A program made the position numbers and the translations under genes. DNA of 64,000 nt from Eledone cirrhosa (lineage: Eukaryota). The stretch is taken from positions 128,898,001 through 128,962,000 of the forward strand of contig OZ024744.1 of the NCBI GenBank assembly GCA_964016885.1, in the 5' to 3' direction. Under the pieces are notes generated by a model, which had not been told where the DNA came from, made no database searches, and saw only the letters and a list, made by a program, of their open reading frames with translations. Below, one piece after another: positions 10,691-24,389 of the stretch. Every line of letters begins with the position of its first letter. Within the stretch, counting starts at the first letter, position 1.

Positions 10691-13600
10691 TTAAGTTAAG
10701 TTGGGGCTAAGTTAAGTTGGGGTTAAGTTAAGTTGGGGTTAAGTTAAGTTGGGGTTAATTTAAGTTGGGGTTAATTTAAGTTGGGGTAAAGTTAAGTTGG
10801 GGGTAAGTTAAGTTGGGGTTAAGTTAAGTTGGGGTTAAGTTGGGGTTAAGTTAAGTTAGGTTTAACTTAAGTTGGGGTTGTGTTAAGTGGTGGTTATGTT
10901 AAGTGGTGGTTATGTTAAGTTGGGGTTAAGTTAAGTTGGGGTTAAGTTAAATTGGGGTTAAGTTAAGTTGCGGTTAAGTTAAGTTGGGGTTAAGTTAAGT
11001 TGGGGTTAAGTTAATTAGGGTTAAGTTAAGTTGGGGTTAAGTTAAGTTGGGGTTAAGTTAAGTTGGGGTTAAGTTAATTTGTGGTTAAGTTAAGTTGGGG
11101 TTAAGTTAAGTTGGGGTTAAGTTAAGTTGGGGATAAGTTAAGTTGAGGATAAGTTAAGTTGGGGTTAATTAAGTTGGGTTTAAGTTAAGTTGGGGTTAAG
11201 TTAAGTTGGGGTTAAGTTAAGTTGGGGTTAAGTTAAGTTGGTTAGTTAAGTTGAGTTTAAGTTAAGTTGGGGTTAATTTAAGTTGGGGTTAAGTTAAGTT
11301 GGGGTTAAGTTAATTTGGGGTTAAGTTAAGTTGGGGTTCAGTTAAGTTGGGGTTCAGTTAAGTTGGGGTTAAGTTGGGGTAAAATTAAGTTGGGGTTAAG
11401 TTAAGTTGCGGTTAAGTTAAAATGAGGTTAAGTTAAGTTGGGGTTAAGTTAAGTTGGGGTTAAGTTAAGTTGGGGCTAAGTTAAGTTGGGGCTAAGTTAA
11501 GTTGGGGCTAAGTTAAGTTGGGATTAAGTTAACTTTGGGTTAAGTTAAGTTGGGTTTGAGTTAAGTTGGGGTTAATTAAGTTGGGGTTAAGTTAAGTTGG
11601 GGTTAAGTTAAGTTGGGGTTAAGTTAAGTTGGGGTTAAGTTAAGTTGATGTTAAGTTAAGTTGGGGTTAATTTAAGTTGGGGTTAAGTTAAGTTGGGGCT
11701 AAGTTAAGTTGGGGTTAAGTTAATTAGGGTTAAGTTAAGTTGGGGTTAAGTTAAGTTGGGGTTAAGTTAAGTTGGGGTTAAGTTAATTTGTGGTTAAGTT
11801 AAGTTGGGGTTAAGTTAAGTTGGGGTTAAGTTAAGTTGGGGATAAGTTAAGTTGAGGATAAGTTAAGTTGGGGTTAATTAAGTTGGGTTTAAGTTAAGTT
11901 GGGGTTAAGTTAAGTTGGGGTTAAGTTAAGTTGGGGTTAAGTTAAGTTGGTTAGTTAAGTTGAGTTTAAGTTAAGTTGGGGTTAATTTAAGTTGGGGTTA
12001 AGTTAAGTTGGGGTTAAGTTAATTTGGGGTTAAGTTAAGTTGGGGTTCAGTTAAGTTGGGGTTAAGTTAAGTTGGGGTTAAGTTGGGGTAAAATTAAGTT
12101 GGGGTTAAGTTAAGTTGCGGTTAAGTTAAAATGAGGTTAAGTTAAGTTGGGGTTAAGTTAAGTTGGGGTTAAGTTAAGTTGGGGCTAAGTTAAGTTGGGG
12201 CTAAGTTAAGTTGGGGCTAAGTTAAGTTGGGGTTAAGTTAACTTTGGGTTAAGTTAAGTTGGGTTTGAGTTAAGTTGGGGTTAATTAAGTTGGGGTTAAG
12301 TTAAGTTGGGGTTAAGTTAAGTTGGGGTTAAGTTAAGTTGATGTTAAGTTAAGTTGGGGTTAATTTAAGTTGGGGTTAAGTTAAGTTGGGGCTAAGTTAA
12401 GTTGGAGCTAAGTTAAGTTGGGGCTAAGTTAAGTTGGGGTTAAGTTAAGTTGGGGTTAAGTTAAGGTGGGGTTAAGTTAAGTTGGGGTCAACTTAAGTTG
12501 GGGTTAAGTTAAGTTGGGGTTAACTTAAGTTGGGGTTAAGTTAAGTTGGGGTTAAGTTAAGTTGGGGTTACGTTAAGTTGGGGGTAAGTTAAGTTGGTGG
12601 TAAGTTAAGTTGGGGGTAAGTTAAGATGGGGTTAAGTTAGGGTTAAGTTAAGTTAGGGTTAAGTTAATTTGGGGTTGAGTTAAGTTGGGGTTAAGTTAAG
12701 TGGTGGTTATGTTAAGTTGGGGTTAAGTTAAGTTGGGGTTAATTTAAATTGGGGTTAATTTAAATTTGTTGTTAAGTTAAGTTGGGGTTAATTTAAGTTG
12801 GGGTTAAGTTAAGTTGGGGTTGAGTTAAGTTGGGGTTGAGTGAAGTTGGGGTTAAGTTAAGTTGGGGTTAAGTTAAGTTGGGGTTGAGTTAAGTTGGGGT
12901 TAATTTAAGTTGGGGCTAAGTTCATTTGGGGTTCAGTTAAGTTGGGGTTAAATTAAGTTGGGGTTAAGTTAAGTTGGGGTTAAATTAAGTTGGGGTTAAG
13001 TTAAGTTGGGGTTAAGTTAAGTTGGGGTTAAGTTAATTTGGGGTTAAGTGAAGTTAGGGTTAAGTTAAGTTGGGGTTGAGTTAAGTTGGGGGTAAGTTAA
13101 GTTGGGGTTATGTTAAGTTGGGGTTACGTTAAGTTGGGTTTAAGTTAAGTTGGGGTTAAGTTAAGTTGGGGTTAAGTTAAGTTGGGGTTAATTTAAGTTG
13201 GGGTTAAGTTAAGTTGGGATTAATTTAAGTTGGGGTTAAGTTAAGTTGGGGTTAAGTTAAGTTGGGGTTAAATTAAGTTGGGGTTAAGTTAAGTTGGGGT
13301 TAAGTTAAGTTGGGGTTAAGTTAATTTGGGGTTAAGTTAAGTTAGGGTAAAGTTAAGTTGGGGTTGAGTTAAGTTGGGGTAAGTTAAGTTGGGGTTAAGT
13401 TAAGTTGGGGTTAAGTTAAGTTGGGGTTAAGTTAAGTTAGGCTTAACTTAAGTTGGGGTTAAGTTAAGTTGGGGGTGAGTTAAGTTGGGGGTAAGTTAAG
13501 TTGGGGTTAAGTTAAGTTGGGGTTAAGTTGGGGTTAAGTTAAGTTAGGGTTAAGTTAATTTGGGGTTGAGTTAAGTTGGGGTTAAGTTAAGTGGTGGTTA

Positions 13601-13749
13601 TGTTAAGTTGGGGTTAAGTTAAGTTGGGGTTAATTTAAATTGGGGTTAATTTAAATTTGTTGTTAAGTTAAGTTGGGGTTAATTTAAGTTGGGGTTAAGT
13701 TAAGTTGGGGTTGAGTTAAGTTGGGGTTAATTTAAGTTGGGGCTAAGTT

Positions 13750-16700
13750 AATTTGGGGTTAAGTTAAGTTGGGGTTAAATTAAGTTGGGGTTAAGTTAAG
13801 TTGGGGTTAAGTTAAGTTGGGGTTAAGTTAATTTGGGGTTAAGTGAAGTTAGGGTTAAGTTAAGTTGGGGCTGAGTTAAGTTGGGGGTAAGTTAAGTTGG
13901 GGTTATGTTAAGTTGGGGTTAAGTTAAGTTGGGGTTAAGTTAAGTTGGGGTTCAGTTAAGTTGCCGTTAAGTTAAGTTGGGGTTAAGTTAAGTTGGGGTT
14001 AAGTTAAGTTGGGGTTAATTTAAGTTGGGGTTAAGTTAAGTTGGGGTTAAGTTAATTTGTGGTTAAGTTAAGTTGGGGTTAAGTTAAGTTGGGGTTAAAT
14101 TCAGTCGGGGTTAAGTTAAGTCGGGGTTAAGTTACGTTGGGGTTAAGTTAAGTTGGGGTTAAGTTAAGTTGGGGTTGAGTTAAGTTGGGGTTAAGTTAAG
14201 TTGGGGTTAAGTTAAGTTGGGGTTAAGTTAAGTTGGGGTTAAGTTAAGTTGGGGTTAAGTTAAGTTGGGGTTAATTTAAGTTGGGGTTAAGTTAAGTTGG
14301 GGTTAAGTTAAGTTGGGGTAACGTTAAGTTGGGGGTAAGTTAAGTTGGGGTTAAGTTAAGTTGGGGTTAAGTTGGGGTTAAGTTAAGTTAGGGTTAACTT
14401 AAGTTGGGGTTGTGTTAAGTGGTGGTTATGTTAAGTGGTGGTTATGTTAAGTTGGGGTTAAGTTAAGTTGGGGTTAAGTTAAGTTGGGGTTAAGTTAAGT
14501 TGGGGTTAAGTTAATTAGGGTTAAGTTAAGTTGGGTTTAAGTTAAGTTGGGGTTAAGTTAATTTGTGGTTAAGTTAAGTTGGGGTTAAGTTAAGTTGGGG
14601 TTAAGTTAAGTTGGGGATAAGTTAAGTTGGGGATAAGTTAAGTTGGGGTTAATTAAGTTGGGTTTAAGTTAAGTTGGGGTTAAGTTAAGTCGGGGTTAAG
14701 TTAAGTTGGGGTTAAGTTAAGTTGGGGGTAAGATAAGTTGGGGTTAGTTAAGTTGCGGTTAAGTTAAGTTGGGGTTAAGTTAAGTTGGGGTTAAGTTAAG
14801 TTGGGGTTAAGTTAAGTTGGGGTTAATTTAAGTTGGGGTTAATTTAAGTTGGGGTAAAGTTAAGTTGGGGGTAAGTTAAGTTGGGGTTAAGTTAAGTTGG
14901 GGTTAAGTTGGGGTTAAGTTAAGTTAGGGTTAACTTAAGTTGGGGTTGTGTTAAGTGGTGGTTATGTTAAGTGGTGGTTATGTTAAGTTGGGGTTAAGTT
15001 AAGTTGGGGTTAAGTTAAATTGGGGTTAAGTTAAGTTGCGGTTAAGTTAAGTTGGGGTTAAGTTAAGTTGGGGTTAAGTTAATTAGGGTTAAGTTAAATT
15101 GGGGTTAAGTTAAGTTGGGGTTAAGTTAAGTTGGGGTTAAGTTAATTTGTGGTTAAGTTAAGTTGGGGTTAAGTTAAGTTGGGGTTAAGTTAAGTTGGGG
15201 ATAAGTTAAGTTGAGGATAAGTTAAGTTGGGGTTAATTAAGTTGGGTTTAAGTTAAGTTGGGGTTAAGTTAAGTTGGGGTTAAGTTAAGTTGGGGTTAAG
15301 TTAAGTTGGTTAGTTAAGTTGAGTTTAAGTTAAGTTGGGGTTAATTTAAGTTGGGGTTAAGTTAAGTTGGGGTTAAGTTAATTTGGGGTTAAGTTAAGTT
15401 GGGGTTCAGTTAAGTTGGGGTTAAGTTAAGTTGGGGTTAAGTTGGGGTAAAATAAAGTTGGGGTTAAGTTAAGTTGCGGTTAAGTTAAAATGAGGTTAAG
15501 TTAAGTTGGGGTTAAGTTAAGTTGGGGTTAAGTTAAGTTGGGGCTAAGTTAAGTTGGGGCTAAGTTAAGTTGGGGCTAAGTTAAGTTGGGGTTAAGTTAA
15601 CTTTGGGTTAAGTTAAGTTGGGTTTGAGTTAAGTTGGGGTTAATTAAGTTGGGGTTAAGTTAAGTTGGGGTTAAGTTAAGTTGGGGTTAAGTTAAGTTGG
15701 GGTTAAGTTAAGTTGATGTTAAGTTAAGTTGGGGTTAATTTAAGTTGGGGTTAAGTTAAGTTGGGGCTAAGTTAAGTTGGAGCTAAGTTAAGTTGGGGCT
15801 AAGTTAAGTTGGGGTTAAGTTAAGTTGGGGTTAAGTTAAGGTGGGGTTAAGTTAAGTTGGGGTCAACTTAAGTTGGGGTTAAGTTAAGTTGGGGTTAACT
15901 TAAGTTGGGGTTAAGTTAAGTTGGGGTTAAGTTAAGTTGGGGTTAAGTTAAGTTGGGGTTACGTTAAGTTGGGGGTAAGTTAAGTTGGTGGTAAGTTAAG
16001 TTGGGGGTAAGTTAAGATGGGGTTAAGTTAGGGTTAAGTTAAGTTAGGGTTAAGTTAAGTTGGGGGTAAGATAAGTTGGGGTTAGTTAAGTTGGGGTTAA
16101 GTAAAGTTGGGGTTCAGTTAAGTTGGGGTTAAGTTAAGTTAGGCTTAACTTAAGTTGGGGTTAAGTTAAGTTGGGGGTGAGTTAAGTTGGGGGTAAGTTA
16201 AGTTGGGGTTAAGTTAAGTTGGGGTTAAGTTGGGGTTAAGTTAATTTAGGGTTAAGTTAAGTTGGGGTTGAGTTAAGTTGGGGTTAAGTTAAGTGGTGGT
16301 TATGTTAAGTTGGGGTTAAGTTAAGTTGGGGTTAATTTAAATTGGGGTTAATTTAACTTTGTGGTTAAGTTAATTTGGGGTTAATTTAAGTTGGGGTTAA
16401 GTTAAGTTGGGGTTAATTTAATTTGTGGTTAAGTTAAGTTGGGGTTAAGTTAAGTTGGCGTTGAGTTAAGCTGGGGTTAAGTTAAGTTGGGGTTAAAATA
16501 AGTTGGGGTTAAGTTAAGTTGGGGTTGGGTTAAGTTGGGGTTGAGTTAATTTGGGGTTAAGTTAAGTTGGGGTTAACTTAAGTTGGTTTTAATTTAAGTT
16601 GGGGTTAAGTTAAGTTGGGGTTATAATTAAGTTGGGGTTAAGTTAAGTTGGGGGTAAGATAAGTTGGGGTTAGTTAAGTTGCGGTTAAGTTAAGTTGGGG

Positions 16701-19700
16701 TTAAGTTAAGTTGGGGTTAAGTTAAGTTGGGGTTAAGTTAAGTTGGGGTTAATTTAAGTTGGGGTTAATTTAAGTTGGGGTAAAGTTAAGTTGGGGGTAA
16801 GTTAAGTTGGGGTTAAGTTAAGTTGGGGTTAAGTTGGGGTTAAGTTAAGTTAGGGTTAACTTAAGTTGGGGTTGTGTTAAGTGGTGGTTATGTTAAGTGG
16901 TGGTTATGTTAAGTTGGGGTTAAGTTAAGTTGGGGTTAAGTTAAATTGGGGTTAAGTTAAGTTGCGGTTAAGTTAAGTTGGGGTTAAGTTAAGTTGGGGT
17001 TAAGTTAATTAGGGTTAAGTTAAGTTGGGGTTAAGTTAAGTTGGGGTTAAGTTAAGTTGGGGTTAAGTTAATTTGTGGTTAAGTTAAGTTGGGGTTAAGT
17101 TAAGTTGGGGATAAGTTAAGTTGAGGATAAGTTAAGTTGGGGTTAATTAAGTTGGGTTTAAGTTAAGTTGGGGTTAAGTTAAGTTGGGGTTAAGTTAAGT
17201 TGGGGTTAAGTTAAGTTGGTTAGTTAAGTTGAGTTTAAGTTAAGTTGGGGTTAATTTAAGTTGGGGTTAAGTTAAGTTGGGGTTAAGTTAATTTGGGGTT
17301 AAGTTAAGTTGGGGTTCAGTTAAGTTGGGGTTCAGTTAAGTTGGGGTTAAGTTGGGGTAAAATTAAGTTGGGGTTAAGTTAAGTTGCGGTTAAGTTAAAA
17401 TGAGGTTAAGTTAAGTTGGGGTTAAGTTAAGTTGGGGATAAGTTAAGTTGGGGCTAAGTTAAGTTGGGGCTAAGTTAAGTTGGGGCTAAGTTAAGTTGGG
17501 ATTAAGTTAACTTTGGGTTAAGTTAAGTTGGGTTTGAGTTAAGTTGGGGTTAATTAAGTTGGGGTTAAGTTAAGTTGGGGTTAAGTTAAGTTGGGGTTAA
17601 GTTAAGTTGGGGTTAAGTTAAGTTGATGTTAAGTTAAGTTGGGGTTAATTTAAGTTGGGGTTAAGTTAAGTTGGGGCTAAGTTAAGTTGGGGTTAAGTTA
17701 ATTAGGGTTAAGTTAAGTTGGGGTTAAGTTAATTTGGGGTTAAGTTAAGTTGGGGTTAAGTTAATTTGTGGTTAAGTTAAGTTGGGGTTAAGTTAAGTTG
17801 GGGTTAAGTTAAGTTGGGGATAAGTTAAGTTGAGGATAAGTTAAGTTGATGTTAAGTTAAGTTGGGGTTAATTTAAGTTGGGGTTAAGTTAAGTTGGGGC
17901 TAAGTTAAGTTGGAGCTAAGTTAAGTTGGGGCTAAGTTAAGTTGGGGTTAAGTTAAGTTGGGGTTAAGTTAAGGTGGGGTTAAGTTAAGTTGGGGTCAAC
18001 TTAAGTTGGGGTTAAGTTAAGTTGGGGTTAACTTAAGTTGGGGTTAAGTTAAGTTGGGGTTAAGTTAAGTTGGGGTTAAGTTAAGTTGGGGTTACGTTAA
18101 GTTGGGGGTAAGTTAAGTTGGTGGTAAGTTAAGTTGGGGGTAAGTTAAGATGGGGTTAAGTTAGGGTTAAGTTAAGTTAGGGTTAAGTTAATTTGGGGTT
18201 GAGTTAAGTTGGGGTTAAGTTAAGTGGTGGTTATGTTAAGTTGGGGTTAAGTTAAGTTGGGGTTAATTTAAATTGGGGTTAATTTAAATTTGTTGTTAAG
18301 TTAAGTTGGGGTTAATTTAAGTTGGGGTTAAGTTAAGTTGGGGTTGAGTTAAGTTGGGGTTGAGTGAAGTTGGGGTTAAGTTAAGTTGGGGTTAAGTTAA
18401 GTTGGGGTTGAGTTAAGTTGGGGTTAATTTAAGTTGGGGCTAAGTTCATTTGGGGTTCAGTTAAGTTGGGGTTAAATTAAGTTGGGGTTAAGTTAAGTTG
18501 GGGTTAAATTAAGTTGGGGTTAAGTTAAGTTGGGGTTAAGTTAAGTTGGGGTTAAGTTAATTTGGGGTTAAGTGAAGTTAGGGTTAAGTTAAGTTGGGGT
18601 TGAGTTAAGTTGGGGGTAAGTTAAGTTGGGGTTATGTTAAGTTGGGGTTACGTTAAGTTGGGTTTAAGTTAAGTTGGGGTTAAGTTAAGTTGGGGTTAAG
18701 TTAAGTTGGGGTTAATTTAAGTTGGGGTTAAGTTAAGTTGGGATTAATATAAGTTGGGGTTAAGTTAAGTTGGGGTTAAGTTAAGTTGGGGTTAAATTAA
18801 GTTGGGGTTAAGTTAAGTTGGGGTTAAGTTAAGTTGGGGTTAAGTTAATTTGGGGTTAAGTTAAGTTAGGGTAAAGTTAAGTTGGGGTTGAGTTAAGTTG
18901 GGGTAAGTTAAGTTGGGGTTAAGTTAAGTTGGGGTTAAGTTAAGTTGGGGTTAAGTTAAGTTAGGCTTAACTTAAGTTGGGGTTAAGTTAAGTTGGGGGT
19001 GAGTTAAGTTGGGGGTAAGTTAAGTTGGGGTTAAGTTAAGTTGGGGTTAAGTTGGGGTTAAGTTAAGTTAGGGTTAAGTTAATTTGGGGTTGAGTTAAGT
19101 TGGGGTTAAGTTAAGTGGTGGTTATGTTAAGTTGGGGTTAAGTTAAGTTGGGGTTAATTTAAATTGGGGTTAATTTAAATTTGTTGTTAAGTTAAGTTGG
19201 GGTTAATTTAAGTTGGGGTTAAGTTAAGTTGGGGTTGAGTTAAGTTGTGGTTGAGTGAAGTTGGGGTTAAGTTAAGTTGGGGTTAAATTAAGTTGGGGTT
19301 AAGTTAAGTTTGGGTTGAGTTAAGTTGGGGTTAATTTAAGTTGGGGCTAAGTTAATTTGGGGTTAAGTTAAGTTGGGGTTAAATTAAGTTGGGGTTAAGT
19401 TAAGTTGGGGTTAAGTTAAGTTGGGGTTAAGTTAATTTGGGGTTAAGTGAAGTTAGGGTTAAGTTAAGTTGGGGCTGAGTTAAGTTGGGGGTAAGTTAAG
19501 TTGGGGTTATGTTAAGTTGGGGTTAAGTTAAGTTGGGGTTAAGTTAAGTTGGGGTTCAGTTAAGTTGCCGTTAAGTTAAGTTGGGGTTAAGTTAAGTTGG
19601 GGTTAAGTTAAGTTGGGGTTAATTTAAGTTGGGGTTAAGTTAAGTTGGGGTTAAGTTAATTTGTGGTTAAGTTAAGTTGGGGTTAAGTTAAGTTGGGGTT

Positions 19701-22700
19701 AAATTCAGTCGGGGTTAAGTTAAGTCGGGGTTAAGTTACGTTGGGGTTAAGTTAAGTTGGGGTTAAGTTAAGTTGGGGTTGAGTTAAGTTGGGGTTAAGT
19801 TAAGTTGGGGTTAAGTTAAGTTGGGGTTAAGTTAAGTTGGGGTTAAGTTAAGTTGGGGTTAAGTTAAGTTGGGGTTAATTTAAGTTGGGGTTAATTTAAG
19901 TTGGGGTTAAGTTAAGTTGGGGTTAAGTTAAGTTGGGGTAACGTTAAGTTGGGGGTAAGTTAAGTTGGGGTTAAGTTAAGTTGGGGTTAAGTTGGGGTTA
20001 AGTTAAGTTAGGGTTAACTTAAGTTGGGGTTGTGTTAAGTGGTGGTTATGTTAAGTGGTGGTTATGTTAAGTTGGGGTTAAGTTAAGTTGGGGTTAAGTT
20101 AAGTTGGGGTTAAGTTAAGTTGGGGTTAAGTTAATTAGGGTTAAGTTAAGTTGGGTTTAAGTTAAGTTGGGGTTAAGTTAATTTGTGGTTAAGTTAAGTT
20201 GGGGTTAAGTTAAGTTGGGGTTAAGTTAAGTTGGGGATAAGTTAAGTTGGGGATAAGTTAAGTTGGGGTTAATTAAGTTGGGTTTAAGTTAAGTTGGGGT
20301 TAAGTTAAGTCGTGGTTAAGTTAAGTTGGGGTTAAGTTAAGTTGGGGGTAAGATAAGTTGGAGTTAGTTAAGTTGCGGTTAAGTTAAGTTGGGGTTAAGT
20401 TAAGTTGGGGTTAAGTTAAGTTGGGGTTAAGTTAAGTTGGGGTTAATTTAAGTTGGGGTTAATTTAAGTTGGGGTAAAGTTAAGTTGGGGGTAAGTTAAG
20501 TTGGGGTTAAGTTAAGTTGGGGTTAAGTTGGGGTTAAGTTAAGTTAGGGTTAACTTAAGTTGGGGTTGTGTTAAGTGGTGGTTATGTTAAGTGGTGGTTA
20601 TGTTAAGTTGGGGTTAAGTTAAGTTGGGGTTAAGTTAAATTGGGGTTAAGTTAAGTTGCGGTTAAGTTAAGTTGGGGTTAAGTTAAGTTGGGGTTAAGTT
20701 AATTAGGGTTAAGTTAAATTGGGGTTAAGTTAAGTTGGGGTTAAGTTAAGTTGGGGTTAAGTTAATTTGTGGTTAAGTTAAGTTGGGGTTAAGTTAAGTT
20801 GGGGTTAAGTTAAGTTGGGGATAAGTTAAGTTGAGGATAAGTTAAGTTGGGGTTAATTAAGTTGGGTTTAAGTTAAGTTGGGGTTAAGTTAAGTTGGGGT
20901 TAAGTTAAGTTGGGGTTAAGTTAAGTTGGTTAGTTAAGTTGAGTTTAAGTTAAGTTGGGGTTAATTTAAGTTGGGGTTAAGTTAAGTTGGGGTTAAGTTA
21001 ATTTGGGGTTAAGTTAAGTTGGGGTTCAGTTAAGTTGGGGTTAAGTTAAGTTGGGGTTAAGTTGGGGTAAAATAAAGTTGGGGTTAAGTTAAGTTGCGGT
21101 TAAGTTAAAATGAGGTTAAGTTAAGTTGGGGTTAAGTTAAGTTGGGGTTAAGTTAAGTTGGGGCTAAGTTAAGTTGGGGCTAAGTTAAGTTGGGGCTAAG
21201 TTAAGTTGGGGTTAAGTTAACTTTGGGTTAAGTTAAGTTGGGTTTGAGTTAAGTTGGGGTTAATTAAGTTGGGGTTAAGTTAAGTTGGGGTTAAGTTAAG
21301 TTGGGGTTAAGTTAAGTTGGGGTTAAGTTAAGTTGATGTTAAGTTAAGTTGGGGTTAATTTAAGTTGGGGTTAAGTTAAGTTGGGGCTAAGTTAAGTTGG
21401 AGCTAAGTTAAGTTGGGGCTAAGTTAAGTTGGGGTTAAGTTAAGTTGGGGTTAAGTTAAGGTGGGGTTAAGTTAAGTTGGGGTCAACTTAAGTTGGGGTT
21501 AAGTTAAGTTGGGGTTAACTTAAGTTGGGGTTAAGTTAAGTTGGGGTTAAGTTAAGTTGGGGTTAAGTTAAGTTGGGGTTACGTTAAGTTGGGGGTAAGT
21601 TAAGTTGGTGGTAAGTTAAGTTGGGGGTAAGTTAAGATGGGGTTAAGTTAGGGTTAAGTTAAGTTAGGGTTAAGTTAAGTTGGGGGTAAGATAAGTTGGG
21701 GTTAGTTAAGTTGGGGTTAAGTAAAGTTGGGGTTCAGTTAAGTTGGGGTTAAGTTAAGTTAGGCTTAACTTAAGTTGGGGTTAAGTTAAGTTGGGGGTGA
21801 GTTAAGTTGGGGGTAAGTTAAGTTGGGGTTAAGTTAAGTTGGGGTTAAGTTGGGGTTAAGTTAATTTAGGGTTAAGTTAAGTTGGGGTTGAGTTAAGTTG
21901 GGGTTAAGTTAAGTGGTGGTTATGTTAAGTTGGGGTTAAGTTAAGTTGGGGTTAATTTAAATTGGGGTTAATTTAACTTTGTGGTTAAGTTAATTTGGGG
22001 TTAATTTAAGTTGGGGTTAAGTTAAGTTGGGGTTAATTTAATTTGTGGTTAAGTTAAGTTGGGGTTAAGTTAAGTTGGCGTTGAGTTAAGCTGGGGTTAA
22101 TTTAAGTTGGGGTTAAAATAAGTTGGGGTTAAGTTAAGTTGGGGTTGGGTTAAGTTGGGGTTGAGTTAATTTGGGGTTAAGTTAAGTTGGGGTTAACTTA
22201 AGTTGGTTTTAATTTAAGTTGGGGTTAAGTTAAGTTGGGGTTATAATTAAGTTGGGGTTAAGTTAAGTTGGGGGTAAGATAAGTTGGGGTTAGTTAAGTT
22301 GCGGTTAAGTTAAGTTGGGGTTAAGTTAAGTTGGGGTTAAGTTAAGTTGGGGTTAAGTTAAGTTGGGGTTAATTTAAGTTGGGGTTAATTTAAGTTGGGG
22401 TAAAGTTAAGTTGGGGGTAAGTTAAGTTGGGGTTAAGTTAAGTTGGGGTTAAGTTGGGGTTAAGTTAAGTTAGGGTTAACTTAAGTTGGGGTTGTGTTAA
22501 GTGGTGGTTATGTTAAGTGGTGGTTATGTTAAGTTGGGGTTAAGTTAAGTTGGGGTTAAGTTAAATTGGGGTTAAGTTAAGTTGCGGTTAAGTTAAGTTG
22601 GGGTTAAGTTAAGTTGGGGTTAAGTTAATTAGGGTTAAGTTAAGTTGGGGTTAAGTTAAGTTGGGGTTAAGTTAAGTTGGGGTTAAGTTAATTTGTGGTT

Positions 22701-24200
22701 AAGTTAAGTTGGGGTTAAGTTAAGTTGGGGTTAAGTTAAGTTGGGGATAAGTTAAGTTGAGGATAAGTTAAGTTGGGGTTAATTAAGTTGGGTTTAAGTT
22801 AAGTTGGGGTTAAGTTAAGTTGGGGTTAAGTTAAGTTGGGGTTAAGTTAAGTTGGTTAGTTAAGTTGAGTTTAAGTTAAGTTGGGGTTAATTTAAGTTGG
22901 GGTTAAGTTAAGTTGGGGTTAAGTTAATTTGGGGTTAAGTTAAGTTGGGGTTCAGTTAAGTTGGGGTTCAGTTAAGTTGGGGTTAAGTTGGGGTAAAATT
23001 AAGTTGGGGTTAAGTTAAGTTGCGGTTAAGTTAAAATGAGGTTAAGTTAAGTTGGGGTTAAGTTAAGTTGGGGATAAGTTAAGTTGGGGCTAAGTTAAGT
23101 TGGGGCTAAGTTAAGTTGGGGCTAAGTTAAGTTGGGATTAAGTTAACTTTGGGTTAAGTTAAGTTGGGTTTGAGTTAAGTTGGGGTTAATTAAGTTGGGG
23201 TTAAGTTAAGTTGGGGTTAAGTTAAGTTGGGGTTAAGTTAAGTTGGGGTTAAGTTAAGTTGATGTTAAGTTAAGTTGGGGTTAATTTAAGTTGGGGTTAA
23301 GTTAAGTTGGGGCTAAGTTAAGTTGGGGTTAAGTTAATTAGGGTTAAGTTAAGTTGGGGTTAAGTTAATTTGGGGTTAAGTTAAGTTGGGGTTAAGTTAA
23401 TTTGTGGTTAAGTTAAGTTGGGGTTAAGTTAAGTTGGGGTTAAGTTAAGTTGGGGATAAGTTAAGTTGAGGATAAGTTAAGTTGATGTTAAGTTAAGTTG
23501 GGGTTAATTTAAGTTGGGGTTAAGTTAAGTTGGGGCTAAGTTAAGTTGGAGCTAAGTTAAGTTGGGGCTAAGTTAAGTTGGGGTTAAGTTAAGTTGGGGT
23601 TAAGTTAAGGTGGGGTTAAGTTAAGTTGGGGTCAACTTAAGTTGGGGTTAAGTTAAGTTGGGGTTAACTTAAGTTGGGGTTAAGTTAAGTTGGGGTTAAG
23701 TTAAGTTGGGGTTAAGTTAAGTTGGGGTTACGTTAAGTTGGGGGTAAGTTAAGTTGGTGGTAAGTTAAGTTGGGGGTAAGTTAAGATGGGGTTAAGTTAG
23801 GGTTAAGTTAAGTTAGGGTTAAGTTAATTTGGGGTTGAGTTAAGTTGGGGTTAAGTTAAGTGGTGGTTATGTTAAGTTGGGGTTAAGTTAAGTTGGGGTT
23901 AATTTAAATTGGGGTTAATTTAAATTTGTTGTTAAGTTAAGTTGGGGTTAATTTAAGTTGGGGTTAAGTTAAGTTGGGGTTGAGTTAAGTTGGGGTTGAG
24001 TGAAGTTGGGGTTAAGTTAAGTTGGGGTTAAGTTAAGTTGGGGTTGAGTTAAGTTGGGGTTAATTTAAGTTGGGGCTAAGTTCATTTGGGGTTCAGTTAA
24101 GTTGGGGTTAAATTAAGTTGGGGTTAAGTTAAGTTGGGGTTAAATTAAGTTGGGGTTAAGTTAAGTTGGGGTTAAGTTAAGTTGGGGTTAAGTTAATTTG
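13750..24200 (+). repeat. ~5.6-kb tandem duplication within the 16-mer array (boundaries approximate)
   Basis: The private variant GGGGTAAAATAAAG occurs at ~15444 and ~21064. Other pairs: GGCGTTGAG ~16457/~22077, CAACTT 15864/21484 and 17997/23633, AAATTCAGTC 14097/19701. Offsets are 5,604-5,636. Confidence 0.8.
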
Positions 24201-24389
24201 GGGTTAAGTGAAGTTAGGGTTAAGTTAAGTTGGGGCTGAGTTAAGTTGGGGGTAAGTTAAGTTGGGGTTATGTTAAGTTGGGGTTAAGTTAAGTTGGGGT
24301 TAAGTTAAGTTGGGGTTCAGTTAAGTTGCGGTTAAGTTAAGTTGGGGTTAAGTTAAGTTGGGGTTAAGTTAAGTTGGGGTTAAGTTAAG

